A DNA stretch of 60,986 nucleotides from an uncultured Gammaproteobacteria bacterium (GTDB lineage: Bacteria > Patescibacteriota > Patescibacteriia > Buchananbacterales > UBA6539): the NCBI GenBank assembly GCA_964535715.1, contig CAZHUO010000004.1, positions 1-60,986 of the forward strand, read 5' to 3'. The position numbers and the translations under genes were made by a program. The notes under the pieces are model-generated. The model saw only the letters and a program-made list of their open reading frames with translations, did no database searches and was not told the origin of the DNA. Shown here in pieces: positions 1 through 12,188 of this stretch (positions are counted from its first letter, which is position 1; every line of letters starts with the position of its first letter).

Positions 1-95
1 GTAGAAAAAATTAATCTTGAAAATGATTGATGAGTAAAATAGGTGCGGGACTCTCACCCTACGTCGCCAATAAAAATTTTACCGCTTAATATTCA

Positions 96-980
96 TTACT
101 GAACCTTCATGTATGAATTTGGATTTAAGATATCAACTTCAGGAATAATTTGAATTTTATTTACTGAAGCCATATTTTCATACCAAACCATTTCCACTTC
201 CTTTGTCTGGCCGGAAATAAAATTTTCCAATGTTATGTAATTTGATCCAACAACCTGCTGGGCGGAGAGTAAAATCATTTGAACTCCAACCTGCCAATAG
301 CTATAGCCGGTGTTATTTTTAATTTTGAAATTTAGGGTGCTAATCGGCAGTTTGCCGCGTAAATTTGAATCCGCCGCCGATTTATAATTAATGTCAGTTA
401 TTTCAAACCTAAGCCGCGGAACGGAAAAATCTTGAAACTTATAATCAACTCGTTTCCAGGCAACTTTTGAAATGCTCACTTCCGGGCTGCCCGAACCAAG
501 CTTTTGCCCGAAAAAAGTGAAATATTTTTCTTCATTAGGCAGGATATAACCCTGTTTGCTTTCAACAATTTCTCCGGCAGAATACAGATCAAGATTTATT
601 GCTTTTCCGTAATAATCAGGATTGGGGTTTTTAATTTTTACCGTCAGGTCATATTTTCCTTCCCGGCCGTCTGTCGAATAAAATTCCAAAATTTGAAGAT
701 CTTTTGCTTTTTGCGCTTGCCGCCAATAGGAATAGTCGGTCAAATTACTTTCTAAAACCGCCATATCGGAGTTAAATTTCGGCTCATCGATAAAATATAT
801 GGCCAAAGCCCAGCCAATGGCAAAAACATAAATTCCAACATTAAAAAATATCAAAGAAAAAATCAAAAGTTTTCTCAACTTGAATTTATTTGTTACATAC
901 CAATAACTCGCCTTAAGCCTGAAATTACTGACCTGGCTTGGCTCACTTATCGGCTCATTTGGCTTTACATTATTTGCCAT
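96..980 (-). CDS. hypothetical membrane-anchored protein
   Basis: 294-aa ORF with one N-terminal hydrophobic helix (LLIFSLIFFNVGIYVFAIGWALAIYFI). No family recognised. Confidence 0.55.
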   Translation of the reverse strand: MANNVKPNEPISEPSQVSNFRLKASYWYVTNKFKLRKLLIFSLIFFNVGIYVFAIGWALAIYFIDEPKFNSDMAVLESNLTDYSYWRQAQKAKDLQILEFYSTDGREGKYDLTVKIKNPNPDYYGKAINLDLYSAGEIVESKQGYILPNEEKYFTFFGQKLGSGSPEVSISKVAWKRVDYKFQDFSVPRLRFEITDINYKSAADSNLRGKLPISTLNFKIKNNTGYSYWQVGVQMILLSAQQVVGSNYITLENFISGQTKEVEMVWYENMASVNKIQIIPEVDILNPNSYMKVQ

Positions 981-1181
981 ATATGAATAATACCATAAAT
1001 AAAAACGAATTTAAAGTAAAAATAGACCGTTCAGAAAACCATATAAATGGCAAAAAAATTATTTGGTTTTGTTTTTCAGATAAGTCTTTAGTAATTTTTG
1101 GCGCTTGAATAATTTGTAAATTTTGATATAATTAAATTATAAAAAATCAATTAAAATTCCTTTTAATTTAGATGAATTTAA

Positions 1182-3281
<2,100 letters not shown>

Positions 3282-3309
3282 TAAAAAAACGATAATTTAA
3301 ATATACTCT

Positions 3310-3586
3310 TCATCTCGCCCCGCACCAATTTGCACAATTTAACTTTAATAAAGGCTATTAAACCGCGGAGCAAGTCGCCGACGCTCTAAAGCTGGATAAT
3401 TACAGCTTTGGCGACGGAGCGCTTTCGGGTATTGACCCTTTGATGGCTCCTCGGCTCGGAAACAAAAAGTTGTTTACTTTTTGTTTCTCTCGCCCTACGT
3501 CGCCAATAAAAAATTTCAAGCCGAAGGCGAATTTGCGCGCTTGATTTTTTTTAAAAAAATTTGTTTTTTCGCAAAATTGGTGCGGG
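3310..3586. mobile_element. MITE-like non-coding insertion between the two gyrB 3'-end copies
   Basis: Terminal inverted repeats: gccccgcaccaattt (about 3316-3330) versus aaattggtgcggga (3573-3586). Internal 11-bp hairpin gaaacaaaaag/ctttttgtttc. The segment ctctcgccctacgtcgccaataaaaaattt recurs at window positions 51-80. Confidence 0.4.
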
Positions 3587-3628
3587 ATCCATTCCCATGC
3601 GAAATATGTAAAAAATCTCGATATATAA
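3587..3628 (+). repeat. gyrB 3'-end copy 2 (displaced, followed by a terminator)
   Basis: atccattcccatgcgaaatatgtaaaaaatctcgatatataa also translates to [13 protein letters not shown]. All 5 differences from copy 1 are synonymous third-position changes. Confidence 0.85.
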
Positions 3629-3642
3629 ATTTAACAAATAAA

Positions 3643-3674
3643 AAAGGCCCCCTAGCATCTGCCATGGGGCTTTT
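3643..3674. terminator. bidirectional intrinsic terminator
   Basis: aaaggcccc...ggggctttt hairpin flanked by an A-run and a T-run, lying between the displaced gyrB end and the stop of the minus-strand ORF. Confidence 0.55.
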
Positions 3675-3675
3675 A

Positions 3676-4149
3676 TTAATCATCGATTTGACTGGCTGCT
3701 TGCCTTTTAAAGGTGACATTTTTCAATTTATGCCTGAATAAATCAAAATCCAAATCATTAATCGGAGGTTTGCCTGAGGATCTGAGCAAATTGATTTCCG
3801 AAATCTCGGTACAAATGCGATTCCGTATTTGGCCTTCTTTTAATTTTTCATTGTGTGAAACAATCTTTTGATTATTCCAGTTTGCAATGATATTTAAAAT
3901 ATGAGCCAATATTTTCTGCCATCTTTGAGAATTCACAACCTCTCGATTTAAAGGAAAAATCTTAAACTTTGCTAAATTTCGAAAATTCGGCCAGTAAATT
4001 AAAATTGGCTTAATACAAAACTTACAGGTAATAATCGAATATAAAATACCTTCCAGCCTCTTTCTTGGCGGTTTTTTACTCATGTCTACACTATAGCAAT
4101 CTTCCTGTCCACAATGAGGGCACGAAACATAAACCGTGATATTTATCAT
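3676..4149 (-). CDS. hypothetical protein with N-terminal zinc-ribbon-like CxxC...CxxC
   Basis: 157-aa ORF containing CPHCGQEDC ... CKFC. Confidence 0.45.
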   Translation of the reverse strand: MINITVYVSCPHCGQEDCYSVDMSKKPPRKRLEGILYSIITCKFCIKPILIYWPNFRNLAKFKIFPLNREVVNSQRWQKILAHILNIIANWNNQKIVSHNEKLKEGQIRNRICTEISEINLLRSSGKPPINDLDFDLFRHKLKNVTFKRQAASQIDD

Positions 4150-4253
4150 TTTAATTCCCTCCTTGTTGTTTTAAGGAACATTTCACGAACCTAACATAAT
4201 TCTTGAACTTATCTTAAACCTTTAAGACAGAATTGGCAAATTAACATTTGCCC

Positions 4254-4283
4254 TTGACTTATTTAAAACTTCCATGTTAGAAT
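4254..4283 (+). promoter_or_regulatory. sigma70-like promoter upstream of secE
   Basis: TTGACT, 18 nt spacer, TAGAAT. Confidence 0.4.
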
Positions 4284-4350
4284 ATCATTAGATAGTAAAT
4301 AGCCCCTCGGGGCTTTTTAAAATACGATAATTTGACTAAATTTAAACAAT

Positions 4351-4539
4351 ATGAACATTTTAGAAAGACTAACCAATTACATCAAACTATCCCATCTGGA
4401 GCTGAAAAAAGTCGTTTGGCCGTCAAAAAAAGAAATTATCCAGCACACCATGCTGGTTGTGGGCATCAGCCTTGGCGTCGCCGCTTTTTTGGGAGTAATC
4501 GACTACATTTTAAACATAGCTTTAGGATTTATCATTTAA
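4351..4539 (+). CDS. secE: preprotein translocase subunit SecE
   Basis: 62 aa with a single C-terminal TM helix, the KVVWPSKKE motif, and a position directly upstream of nusG. Confidence 0.85.
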   Translation: MNILERLTNYIKLSHLELKKVVWPSKKEIIQHTMLVVGISLGVAAFLGVIDYILNIALGFII

Positions 4540-4595
4540 TTTATTTTATTTTAATTATTGTTAATTATTATAATTGATAGTTAACTTTTAAAAAT

Positions 4596-5141
4596 ATGCC
4601 AAAACAAACATTACAACAAGGCCGCCGCTGGTATGTAATCCATACCTATTCTGGATATGAAGAAAATGTCAAGCGGAATTTGGAGCAAAGGATCGAATCA
4701 ATGGACATGGAGGATAAAATTTTTAATGTTTTAATACCGACTGAAAAGAAAATTAAAATTAAAAACGGCAAAAGAAAAGTCGTCACCGAAAAAATATTTC
4801 CCGGCTACGTCTTAGTAGAGATGGTTGTTGACGATAACTCCTGGTATGTTGTGCGGAATACTCCGAATGTCACCGGTTTTATCGGATCAGGAACAACTCC
4901 AACGCCGATTTCCGATTCTGAAATAAAAAATCTCCAAAAGAGAATGGGCGTTGAAGAACCGACTTTCAAAATTGATGTTACACTCGGCTCGCCGGTAAAA
5001 ATCATTGACGGACCTTTCAAAGGCTATGAAGGAAAAGTGAATAAAATTGATGAGGACCGCGGAAAAATTAAGGTTTTGGTTAACATGTTCGGCCGGGAAA
5101 CTCCAGTTGAATTGGATTTTCTTCAAGTCAAAAAAATCTAG
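4596..5141 (+). CDS. nusG: transcription termination/antitermination factor NusG
   Basis: WYVIHTYSGYE NGN start, KOW motif (GPFKGYEGKV), and secE-nusG-rplKA synteny. Confidence 0.95.
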   Translation: MPKQTLQQGRRWYVIHTYSGYEENVKRNLEQRIESMDMEDKIFNVLIPTEKKIKIKNGKRKVVTEKIFPGYVLVEMVVDDNSWYVVRNTPNVTGFIGSGTTPTPISDSEIKNLQKRMGVEEPTFKIDVTLGSPVKIIDGPFKGYEGKVNKIDEDRGKIKVLVNMFGRETPVELDFLQVKKI

Positions 5142-5177
5142 TACCTAATTTCATAATAACCTAATACTTAAACAAAT

Positions 5178-5603
5178 ATGGCAAAAAAAGTAAAAACAGT
5201 TATAAAATTACAAATTCCTGCCGGGCAAGCAAATCCGGCTCCTCCGGTCGGACCAGCCTTGGGTCAGCATGGCTTGAACATTGCGGAATTTTGTGCAAAA
5301 TTCAACGAAGCAACCAGGCAGAATATGGGAGAAATCACGCCAATTGAAATCACCGTTTTTGAAGACAGAACATATACTTTCGTCACAAAAACTCCGCCGG
5401 CTGCGGAATTACTCAAAAAAGCCGCCGGCATTTCAAAAGGCTCAGGACAGTCGCTGAAGAAAAAAGTCGGAAAAGTAACCAAGGCTCAAATAAAAGAAAT
5501 AGCTGAAAAGAAAATGGCGGATTTAAATGCCAAGGATGTTCAGGGCGCCTGCCGAATTATTGAAGGCACTGCAAAACAAATGGGACTTGAAATAATCGGA
5601 TAA
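5178..5603 (+). CDS. rplK: 50S ribosomal protein L11
   Basis: [23 protein letters not shown] signature. Confidence 0.97.
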   Translation: MAKKVKTVIKLQIPAGQANPAPPVGPALGQHGLNIAEFCAKFNEATRQNMGEITPIEITVFEDRTYTFVTKTPPAAELLKKAAGISKGSGQSLKKKVGKVTKAQIKEIAEKKMADLNAKDVQGACRIIEGTAKQMGLEIIG

Positions 5604-5687
5604 ATCTTAATAATTAAATATTTGCGGGACCCCAGCTCCGGGGATTTACCGCGAATCTGCCAAAACGGCAGAAGTTGGAGAAAAAAT

Positions 5688-6368
5688 ATGAAACGTTCAA
5701 AACGCTACCAAGAAATGGCAAAAAAAGTGGACAAAAATAAAAACTATCCGATTGAACAGGCGATAAGCCTTGTCAAAGAAACCGGAACCGCCAAATTTGA
5801 CGCATCGGTTGAAGTCCACATTAAGCTTGGCATTAATCCCAAAAAAAGCGATCAGCAAGTCAGAACCGCTTTTACCCTGCCAAACGGCACCGGAAAAACC
5901 AAAATAATCGCCGCTTTTGTTTCGCCTGACAAGGAAAAAGAAGCAAAAGAAGCCGGAGCAGACATTGTCGGCGGCCAAGATTTAATTGATAAAATAAAAA
6001 GCACCGGAAAAATCGAGTTTGAGCTGACCGTATCAACGCCCGATATGATGCCTAAACTTGCAATAATTGCTAAAACATTGGGACCAAGAGGCCTAATGCC
6101 TTCGCCGAAAAACGAAACAATCACCACTAATCTTAAAAAGACGATCGGCGAACTTAAAAAAGGCAAAGTCGACTTTAAAAGCGACGACACCGGAAATGTC
6201 CACCAGACAATAGGCAAAGTTTCTTTTGATCAAAAAAAGCTTTTGGAAAACTATAACGCTCTAATAGATGCCCTTAAAAAGGCGAAACCGTCAACGGCCA
6301 AAGGAACTTTCATCCAAGGAATCAGCATTGCTTCCTCAATGGGTCCTGGAATTAAAATTCAACTTTAA
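5688..6368 (+). CDS. rplA: 50S ribosomal protein L1
   Basis: L1 sequence starting MKRSKRYQEMAKKV. The start was moved to ATG 5688, which is preceded by GGAG. The 5622 extension in the track crosses a hairpin leader. Confidence 0.93.
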   Translation: MKRSKRYQEMAKKVDKNKNYPIEQAISLVKETGTAKFDASVEVHIKLGINPKKSDQQVRTAFTLPNGTGKTKIIAAFVSPDKEKEAKEAGADIVGGQDLIDKIKSTGKIEFELTVSTPDMMPKLAIIAKTLGPRGLMPSPKNETITTNLKKTIGELKKGKVDFKSDDTGNVHQTIGKVSFDQKKLLENYNALIDALKKAKPSTAKGTFIQGISIASSMGPGIKIQL

Positions 6369-6393
6369 AATTTCGATTTTAAATACTGCAATA

Positions 6394-6416
6394 AAGCGAC
6401 AAATGTCGCTTTTTTG
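6394..6416 (+). terminator. intrinsic terminator after rplA
   Basis: aagcgac-aaat-gtcgctt followed by tttttg. Confidence 0.7.
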
Positions 6417-6612
6417 TTTCTTAAAAAATGTAAGATTATAATATCAACCGTCAAACAAATTTCCAAAAATATTCATGACTTTTTTTAGCCAATTATAAGA
6501 TCCGACATAAAAAATTTAGGTTATATTAAAAAATATTAAGTAATATTGGCAAAAACAAATAAAATCTGTTAAAATATAAGGGTTAAGTAATTAATACCTA
6601 CCCCCTGAATTT

Positions 6613-7155
6613 ATGCCCGAAGAAAGAAAACACTATAGGCCATCTTGGGACGATTATTTTATGGCGGTTGCCAAGATTATTGCCAGCCGCGGCAGCTGCG
6701 ACCGGCTTTATTCCGGTTCTGTTTTAGTTAAAGAAAACCGAATTATTTCCACCGGCTATAACGGTTCACCGCCTGGTCTTCCTCATTGCAATGATATCGG
6801 CCACCTTTTGGAAGAAGGACACTGCGTCAGAACAATTCATGGCGAGCATAATTCGCTTTTGCAGGCGGCGCTTCATGGCGGCACCAGTACCAAGGATTCA
6901 ACAATGTATACCAAATACAGCCCGTGCATCCATTGCGCCAAATATGTAATTGCCTGCGGCATTAAGCGCGTGGTTATCGGCAAGGTTTATCGGAATGACA
7001 AAGCAATTGATATGATGAAAGAAGCCGGAATCACGATTGATTTCTACCAGGAAAATTCCGAATGGAATGAGGAAATTATTAAAATATTTTCCGAAGCAAT
7101 TCCAACGAGAATAAACGAAGGCAAGGTTAAGCTGGAGGAAAAAAAGGATGAGTAG
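6613..7155 (+). CDS. dCMP deaminase (ComEB/DctD family)
   Basis: HGEHNSLLQA (HxE) and PCIHCAK (PCxxC) zinc-site motifs. Confidence 0.9.
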   Translation: MPEERKHYRPSWDDYFMAVAKIIASRGSCDRLYSGSVLVKENRIISTGYNGSPPGLPHCNDIGHLLEEGHCVRTIHGEHNSLLQAALHGGTSTKDSTMYTKYSPCIHCAKYVIACGIKRVVIGKVYRNDKAIDMMKEAGITIDFYQENSEWNEEIIKIFSEAIPTRINEGKVKLEEKKDE

Positions 7156-7702
7156 AATAATACTGGGTTTTGTCGGATCAATCGCATCAGGCAAAGGAAC
7201 AACTTGCGAATACCTAAAAAAAAACCACGATGCCTCCGTTTACCGTTTTTCAACAATACTGAGGGATATTTTAGATAGAATATATATTGAACAAAGCCGA
7301 GACAATCTGCAAAATTTGTCTTTGGATTTAAGAAAAAGGTTTGGCGAAGATTTGCTGGCAAAAGCAATTTCCAAAGATGTAAAAAATGAAAAAAATTACA
7401 TTATTGCAATTGATGGCGTCAGACGGGAACCGGATATCAAATATTTAAAAGAAATACCCGAATTTAATTTAGTCTTTATTGATGCAGACCAAAAAATCCG
7501 TTTTGAAAGAATTACTAAGCGCGGCGAAAATTCCGACGATACAAAAAAAACCTTTGCTGATTTCCAAAAAGATGAACAAAAAGAAGCGGAACTTCAAATC
7601 AAAGACGTCTCTAAGCTGGCAAAATTAAAAATTGATAACAACGGCACATTTGGCGATCTTTACCAACAGATTGAAAAAATAATAAAAAAATTAGAAAATT
7701 AG
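7148..7702 (+). CDS. P-loop nucleotide kinase (dNMP-kinase / dephospho-CoA-kinase-like)
   Basis: Walker A GSIASGKGT. It overlaps the deaminase stop by 8 nt. Substrate is unknown. Confidence 0.6.
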   Translation: MSRIILGFVGSIASGKGTTCEYLKKNHDASVYRFSTILRDILDRIYIEQSRDNLQNLSLDLRKRFGEDLLAKAISKDVKNEKNYIIAIDGVRREPDIKYLKEIPEFNLVFIDADQKIRFERITKRGENSDDTKKTFADFQKDEQKEAELQIKDVSKLAKLKIDNNGTFGDLYQQIEKIIKKLEN

Positions 7703-7776
7703 TAAGTCAAAAATTTATATTAACTAACTAATACCTGTCTCCTACTTACTAATTTTTACTTCCTACTTCCTAAACA

Positions 7777-8199
7777 ATGAAAGTTAAAATAAAAAAACTT
7801 AAACCTGACGCAATCATCCCCTCTTATGCCCATCCGGGAGACGTCGGATTGGATTTATATTCGCTGGAAGATTATGAACTTAAGCCGGGAGAAAACAAGA
7901 TTTTTTTTCTAGGCTTTGCCTTGGAATTCCCAAACGGCTTTGCCGCAATAGTTAAAGACAAAAGCAGTCTGCCAAAAAACGGCTCTATTCATACCATGGG
8001 TGGAGTTTATGATGCCGGTTACCGCGGAGAATATAATGTTAATTTAATAAACCTTGGCAAAAAATCTTATTTTATAGAAAAAGGCAATAAAATCGCCCAG
8101 CTGATAATAATTCCTATTGAACTGGCTGAACTGAAAGAAACAGTCGATCTGTCTGAAAGTGAACGTGGCCAGGGAAACTTCGGCTCAACTGGCAAATAA
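7777..8199 (+). CDS. dut: dUTP diphosphatase
   Basis: dUTPase motifs GDVGLDL, GVYDAGYRGE and RGQGNFGSTG. Confidence 0.92.
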   Translation: MKVKIKKLKPDAIIPSYAHPGDVGLDLYSLEDYELKPGENKIFFLGFALEFPNGFAAIVKDKSSLPKNGSIHTMGGVYDAGYRGEYNVNLINLGKKSYFIEKGNKIAQLIIIPIELAELKETVDLSESERGQGNFGSTGK

Positions 8200-8254
8200 A
8201 TAATACAGTAAATTATTTAAAAATCGGCTTTAGCTTATGCATAGGGTGAATAAC

Positions 8255-8285
8255 CTAAAAGCTAAAAGCTAAAAGCTAAAAGCTA
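8255..8285. repeat. heptamer tandem repeat (ctaaaag x4.4) abutting the next start codon
   Basis: Read directly. It ends 4 nt before ATG 8290, and no Shine-Dalgarno sequence is visible. Confidence 0.9.
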
Positions 8286-8289
8286 TCAT

Positions 8290-10650
8290 ATGGAGGACAA
8301 AAAACTTTTGTACATTACCGCGATCATTATTGTGGTAATTATGATAATTATAAGCGGAGTCGGCCTGTTTTTTTACATAAAAAATACTTCACAGCCGGAC
8401 ATTCCAAAATTACCTGAAACCAACACAAATACAAATGAAGGCACATTCCTTCCCGATTTTCCAACTTTACCGGTAAACCCCGATCAACCGATTAACGCCG
8501 ATAATATGCAACGCCTGCAAAAAGAAAAAGAATTTATATCATCATTTTGGAAAGCACCGGAGATTTCATACGCTGCCTCGCCGGCAAGCTACAAAATTCC
8601 CCTGGAAAAAATTAAAGAGCAAGTTTTAAATTATCAGGATTTTTCCAGAAAAATTAATATGGAGCCGATGCTGCCAAAGCTTTCACAAAACGGATTTATC
8701 ATTGTCAACAATGCGATTAATGAAAACGTCAACGACTGGGAAAACAGCTATCGCCTAATAAAGGAGAAAGAACTGCCGCTTTTTATCACTTCGGATTCCG
8801 TAGTCGGACTTTATCAGGACACCCTACAAATCTTATACAAAGAGATTGAGGAAGATATATTTTATGACTCGCTTTGGCATGTATTGCGTAATATGTACGA
8901 CATATCAAAAGAACGCTATGAGCCGCTGTTTAAAGAAAAAGGAATCGAATCAGATATAGCAACCGAGGCTGCCAGGCTTCAACTTTCCTATCTGACAGTC
9001 GCTTTAGAAATTTTAAGGCCAAAAGAAGATCAAATCAGAGAATCAATCGGATCCGACCAAAGATATTTTACTCCTTTAGAGTCATCAAATTATTCCTTGT
9101 CAATACCGCCATATATCAAAAATGAAATATACTCTGAGATAAAACTGATAAATTCAAGGACTAAAACCGCAGAATCAATAGTTTTTGGCTATGAAAAAAG
9201 CTATGAAATATATAATATTCCTGCTTACTACCAAACTTCGGAAAAATTAAAAAATTATTATTTGGCCGTCACTTGGCTTCATGATGTCTTATTTCCCCTT
9301 TGGAATAAAGGAAACGACTGCGCAAGCTGCATCTTTGATGAATATGACCATGCAATAAATTTTGTTGCATCGCTTTACATAAGCGATGATTTATCAAAAA
9401 ATCAAAATCTAAAAAACAGCTGGGCAAATATTTACAAATCAATTTCTTTTTTCAGCGGTTTGGAATCAAATTTAACATATATAAACTACAATAACTCAAT
9501 TAAAGAAATATTCGGCCAGGATTATGACCTAATAAAGCTTTTCAGCGCCGATTTTGAAACCATAAGGAAAAGAATTAGCTTGCTTCAGCAAAAAATAAGT
9601 TCTTACGGCTTTTCATCCGCATTAAGCGGAAGCAATAATACAAAAGAAGAAGCTGGACTTAGACTGGCCGGCTTAAGACTTTTAAGAAGGCACCTTTTTT
9701 TGGAAAAAGAGCTTTTTGACACTCTTTCCGGACAAGAAGTCGGACCATATTTGAATAAAGTTACAGATACAATGCCCAATCCATTTACTTCTTGTCAGAT
9801 AAAAAGAGCTTATTACCGCTGTGTTCCTATTGGTCTTGATATATTCAGCTCCTTAGACAGCAAGCTGGCAAACAAAATTATTCATGACGGGAATGACGAC
9901 CAATATTCGAATTACGAAAATATTTTAAACAGTTTTAAAAATGAATTAAATAAGTTCAACGATAATACATGGCACGAAAACGCGTATTTAAGCCTCCTTT
10001 TTTCCTTAAAAAATCTTGACGGCAATATTTTAAATTACCCTGGCTTTATGCAAAGCGAAAATTGGCTTAAAAAATCATTAAATACTAAACTCGGATCTTC
10101 GGTCGGTTTCCGTAAAGAAACAAATCTTGAAATAGTCGGCTTAAACGAAGATATCGGTTTTGATAAGTATTTTCCTTATGGATACATTGAACCGCAATTT
10201 GAATTTTATTCTCAGCTTCTCACAAATACTAATATGATAACTGACGGCTTTATTAATTTGCAAATAATTAATGATAAAAGCAAGCACTACAAGAGAATTT
10301 TAAACTTAAAGCGTGTGTTGGAAAGGATTATTGAAATTTCAAAAAAAGAGCTTGAGAATAAAGAATTGGCTTACGAAGACTATATTTTTATTAACAGCTT
10401 TTACCGAGAGATAAAAGGAGTGACCGGGGATGTAAAAAAAGAAAACCTTCAAAATCAGGCGAGTTTTATATATGAAGGCATAGAGGGTGAAAAAATGGGA
10501 ATGCATATTAGCGGTTTAAACCATATAATAGCAGTCTACCCTGATTCTTCCGGAAAGCTTTTTTTAGCAATCGGCCCGGTATATAATTATCGCGAAGGAA
10601 AAGGAAGTAGAAAAAATATTCCTTGGTGGGAAGCAGATATCAGACAATAA
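8290..10650 (+). CDS. large membrane-anchored protein, DUF3160-like (family assigned from memory)
   Basis: 786 aa with an N-terminal TM helix. It is embedded between dut and thyA, 6 nt before the thyA start. Confidence 0.6.
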   Translation: MEDKKLLYITAIIIVVIMIIISGVGLFFYIKNTSQPDIPKLPETNTNTNEGTFLPDFPTLPVNPDQPINADNMQRLQKEKEFISSFWKAPEISYAASPASYKIPLEKIKEQVLNYQDFSRKINMEPMLPKLSQNGFIIVNNAINENVNDWENSYRLIKEKELPLFITSDSVVGLYQDTLQILYKEIEEDIFYDSLWHVLRNMYDISKERYEPLFKEKGIESDIATEAARLQLSYLTVALEILRPKEDQIRESIGSDQRYFTPLESSNYSLSIPPYIKNEIYSEIKLINSRTKTAESIVFGYEKSYEIYNIPAYYQTSEKLKNYYLAVTWLHDVLFPLWNKGNDCASCIFDEYDHAINFVASLYISDDLSKNQNLKNSWANIYKSISFFSGLESNLTYINYNNSIKEIFGQDYDLIKLFSADFETIRKRISLLQQKISSYGFSSALSGSNNTKEEAGLRLAGLRLLRRHLFLEKELFDTLSGQEVGPYLNKVTDTMPNPFTSCQIKRAYYRCVPIGLDIFSSLDSKLANKIIHDGNDDQYSNYENILNSFKNELNKFNDNTWHENAYLSLLFSLKNLDGNILNYPGFMQSENWLKKSLNTKLGSSVGFRKETNLEIVGLNEDIGFDKYFPYGYIEPQFEFYSQLLTNTNMITDGFINLQIINDKSKHYKRILNLKRVLERIIEISKKELENKELAYEDYIFINSFYREIKGVTGDVKKENLQNQASFIYEGIEGEKMGMHISGLNHIIAVYPDSSGKLFLAIGPVYNYREGKGSRKNIPWWEADIRQ

Positions 10651-10656
10651 TTTTTT

Positions 10657-11529
10657 ATGAAAGCGTATTTAGATATTGTTCAAAAAATAATCAGAGAGGG
10701 ATCAAAAAAAGAAAATAGGACCGGAATCGATACGATTGCTATTGCCGGGGCTTTTTTTCAGCATGACATGAAAAACGGATTTCCCCTGCTCACCACTAAA
10801 AAAATACCTTACCGCTTGGTTTCTTCCGAACTTGAATTTTTTATCAAAGGAATTACCGACAAAAAATGGCTTCAAGACAGAAATAATCACATCTGGGATG
10901 AATGGTGCACGCCGCTTAAAATACCCTATGCCAACGATGAAAAAACTAAGGCCAGAATGCTTGCTGAAAGAGACTTGGGAACAATTTATGGCTGGGAATG
11001 GCGGCATTTCGGCGCTAAATACCAATCTTATGAAACTGATTATTCTGGACAAGGCATTGATCAGCTAAAAAATCTAGTTAATACCTTAAAAGAAGATCCA
11101 CAAAGCCGGCGGATGCTCGTTTTGGCATGGAATCCGCTTGATATTGAAAAAGCCGTACCGCCTTATTGCCATTATGGTTTTCAGGTAACCGTTACTGGCG
11201 GCCGCTTAAATCTTTTTTGGAACCAGCGTTCTGTTGATGTCGCTTTAGGTTTGCCTTTTAATATAGCAAGCTATGCCACTTTGCTTCATTTGCTTGCCAA
11301 AGAATCAGGATACCAAGAAGGTATTTTAACCGGTTTTTTAGCAGACACCCATATTTATGTAAACCACCTTGAAGGAATGAAAGAACAGCTTTCCCGAAAT
11401 CCAAATAAATATCCCCCTCCAAAAATTGAAACAAAAAATTTCAAGTCAATTTTTGACTGGCAGGCAACAGATACTGAATTAATTAATTACCAAAGCTATC
11501 CCGGAATTAAGTTTGAGATAGCAGTCTAG
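10657..11529 (+). CDS. thyA: thymidylate synthase ThyA
   Basis: RTGIDT, the active-site region PPYCHYGFQ, and the DTHIY motif. Confidence 0.95.
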   Translation: MKAYLDIVQKIIREGSKKENRTGIDTIAIAGAFFQHDMKNGFPLLTTKKIPYRLVSSELEFFIKGITDKKWLQDRNNHIWDEWCTPLKIPYANDEKTKARMLAERDLGTIYGWEWRHFGAKYQSYETDYSGQGIDQLKNLVNTLKEDPQSRRMLVLAWNPLDIEKAVPPYCHYGFQVTVTGGRLNLFWNQRSVDVALGLPFNIASYATLLHLLAKESGYQEGILTGFLADTHIYVNHLEGMKEQLSRNPNKYPPPKIETKNFKSIFDWQATDTELINYQSYPGIKFEIAV

Positions 11530-11539
11530 TTATTCCCAA

Positions 11540-11612
11540 TATTGTCACCCTGAACTCGTTTCAGGGTCTCATTAGTAAGTTTATGAGATTCCGAACCAAG
11601 TTCGGAATGACA
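11540..11612. repeat. compound palindromic intergenic element
   Basis: attgtcaccctgaa-ctcg-tttcagggtctc plus attccgaac-caa-gttcggaat, with termini attgtca/tgacaat. The first half resembles 19945-19990. Confidence 0.6.
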
Positions 11613-11625
11613 ATGATTAAAAAAT

Positions 11626-12144
11626 ATGAAACTCATCCTAATGATGGCAATGACCTTAGACGGAATCATTGCAAAAAATAAAAATCAAAATGCCGACTGG
11701 ACAACAAAGGCGGATAAGAAAGTTTTCATTGCCGAAACCAGAAAAGCCGGCGCCATTGTAATGGGCGACACGACTTTTGAAGCTATGGGCAGAAAATCCT
11801 TACCAGGCAGGCTAAATTTGATTTTAAGCTTAAACCCCGATAACTATGAAAATTTGGTTAAGCCGGGCGAGCTTGAATTTATGAAAGCAACGCCAGATGA
11901 GGTAGTTAAATATCTGGCAGACAGAAATTATGAATCAGCAATCCTTGGGGGCGGTGCTCGGACTAATTCATTTTTCCTAAAAGCCGGGCTGGTTGATGAA
12001 ATTTTAATTACGGTTGAACCGAAAATTTTCGGCGTTGGAATGAATTTTACCGAAGGGGAAGATTTAAATTTAAATTTGAAACTGATTGAATGCAAAGAAA
12101 TCGGTGATAATGCCGTGCAGCTTCGGTACAGAGTAATAAAATAA
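11626..12144 (+). CDS. dihydrofolate reductase-like protein (RibD C-terminal domain family)
   Basis: 172 aa with LDGIIA ... GGGARTNSFFLKAGLVDE. It sits between thyA and tmk. Confidence 0.75.
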   Translation: MKLILMMAMTLDGIIAKNKNQNADWTTKADKKVFIAETRKAGAIVMGDTTFEAMGRKSLPGRLNLILSLNPDNYENLVKPGELEFMKATPDEVVKYLADRNYESAILGGGARTNSFFLKAGLVDEILITVEPKIFGVGMNFTEGEDLNLNLKLIECKEIGDNAVQLRYRVIK

Positions 12145-12188
12145 GAAATTAAGAAATTGTTCAATTGTTTAATTGTTTATCGTTTTTT

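Noticed and set aside
3481-3741. ORFs 3481..3741(+) and 3516..3719(-) in the gyrB-downstream insertion.
   Set aside because: They span the repeat element, the displaced gyrB end (in the wrong frame) and a terminator, and there is no RBS.
5605-5687. Two hairpins (gcgg...ccgc and tctgcc-aaaa-cggcaga) before rplA, considered as an L1 autoregulatory leader.
   Set aside because: This is plausible by analogy, but I cannot match it to the L1 rRNA-binding-site mimic from memory, so I left it unannotated.
8255-8285. Short tandem repeats here and at 19908, 45834, 21321 and elsewhere, considered as possible CRISPR arrays.
   Set aside because: The units are 7-8 nt and directly adjacent, with no spacers, and no cas genes are present.
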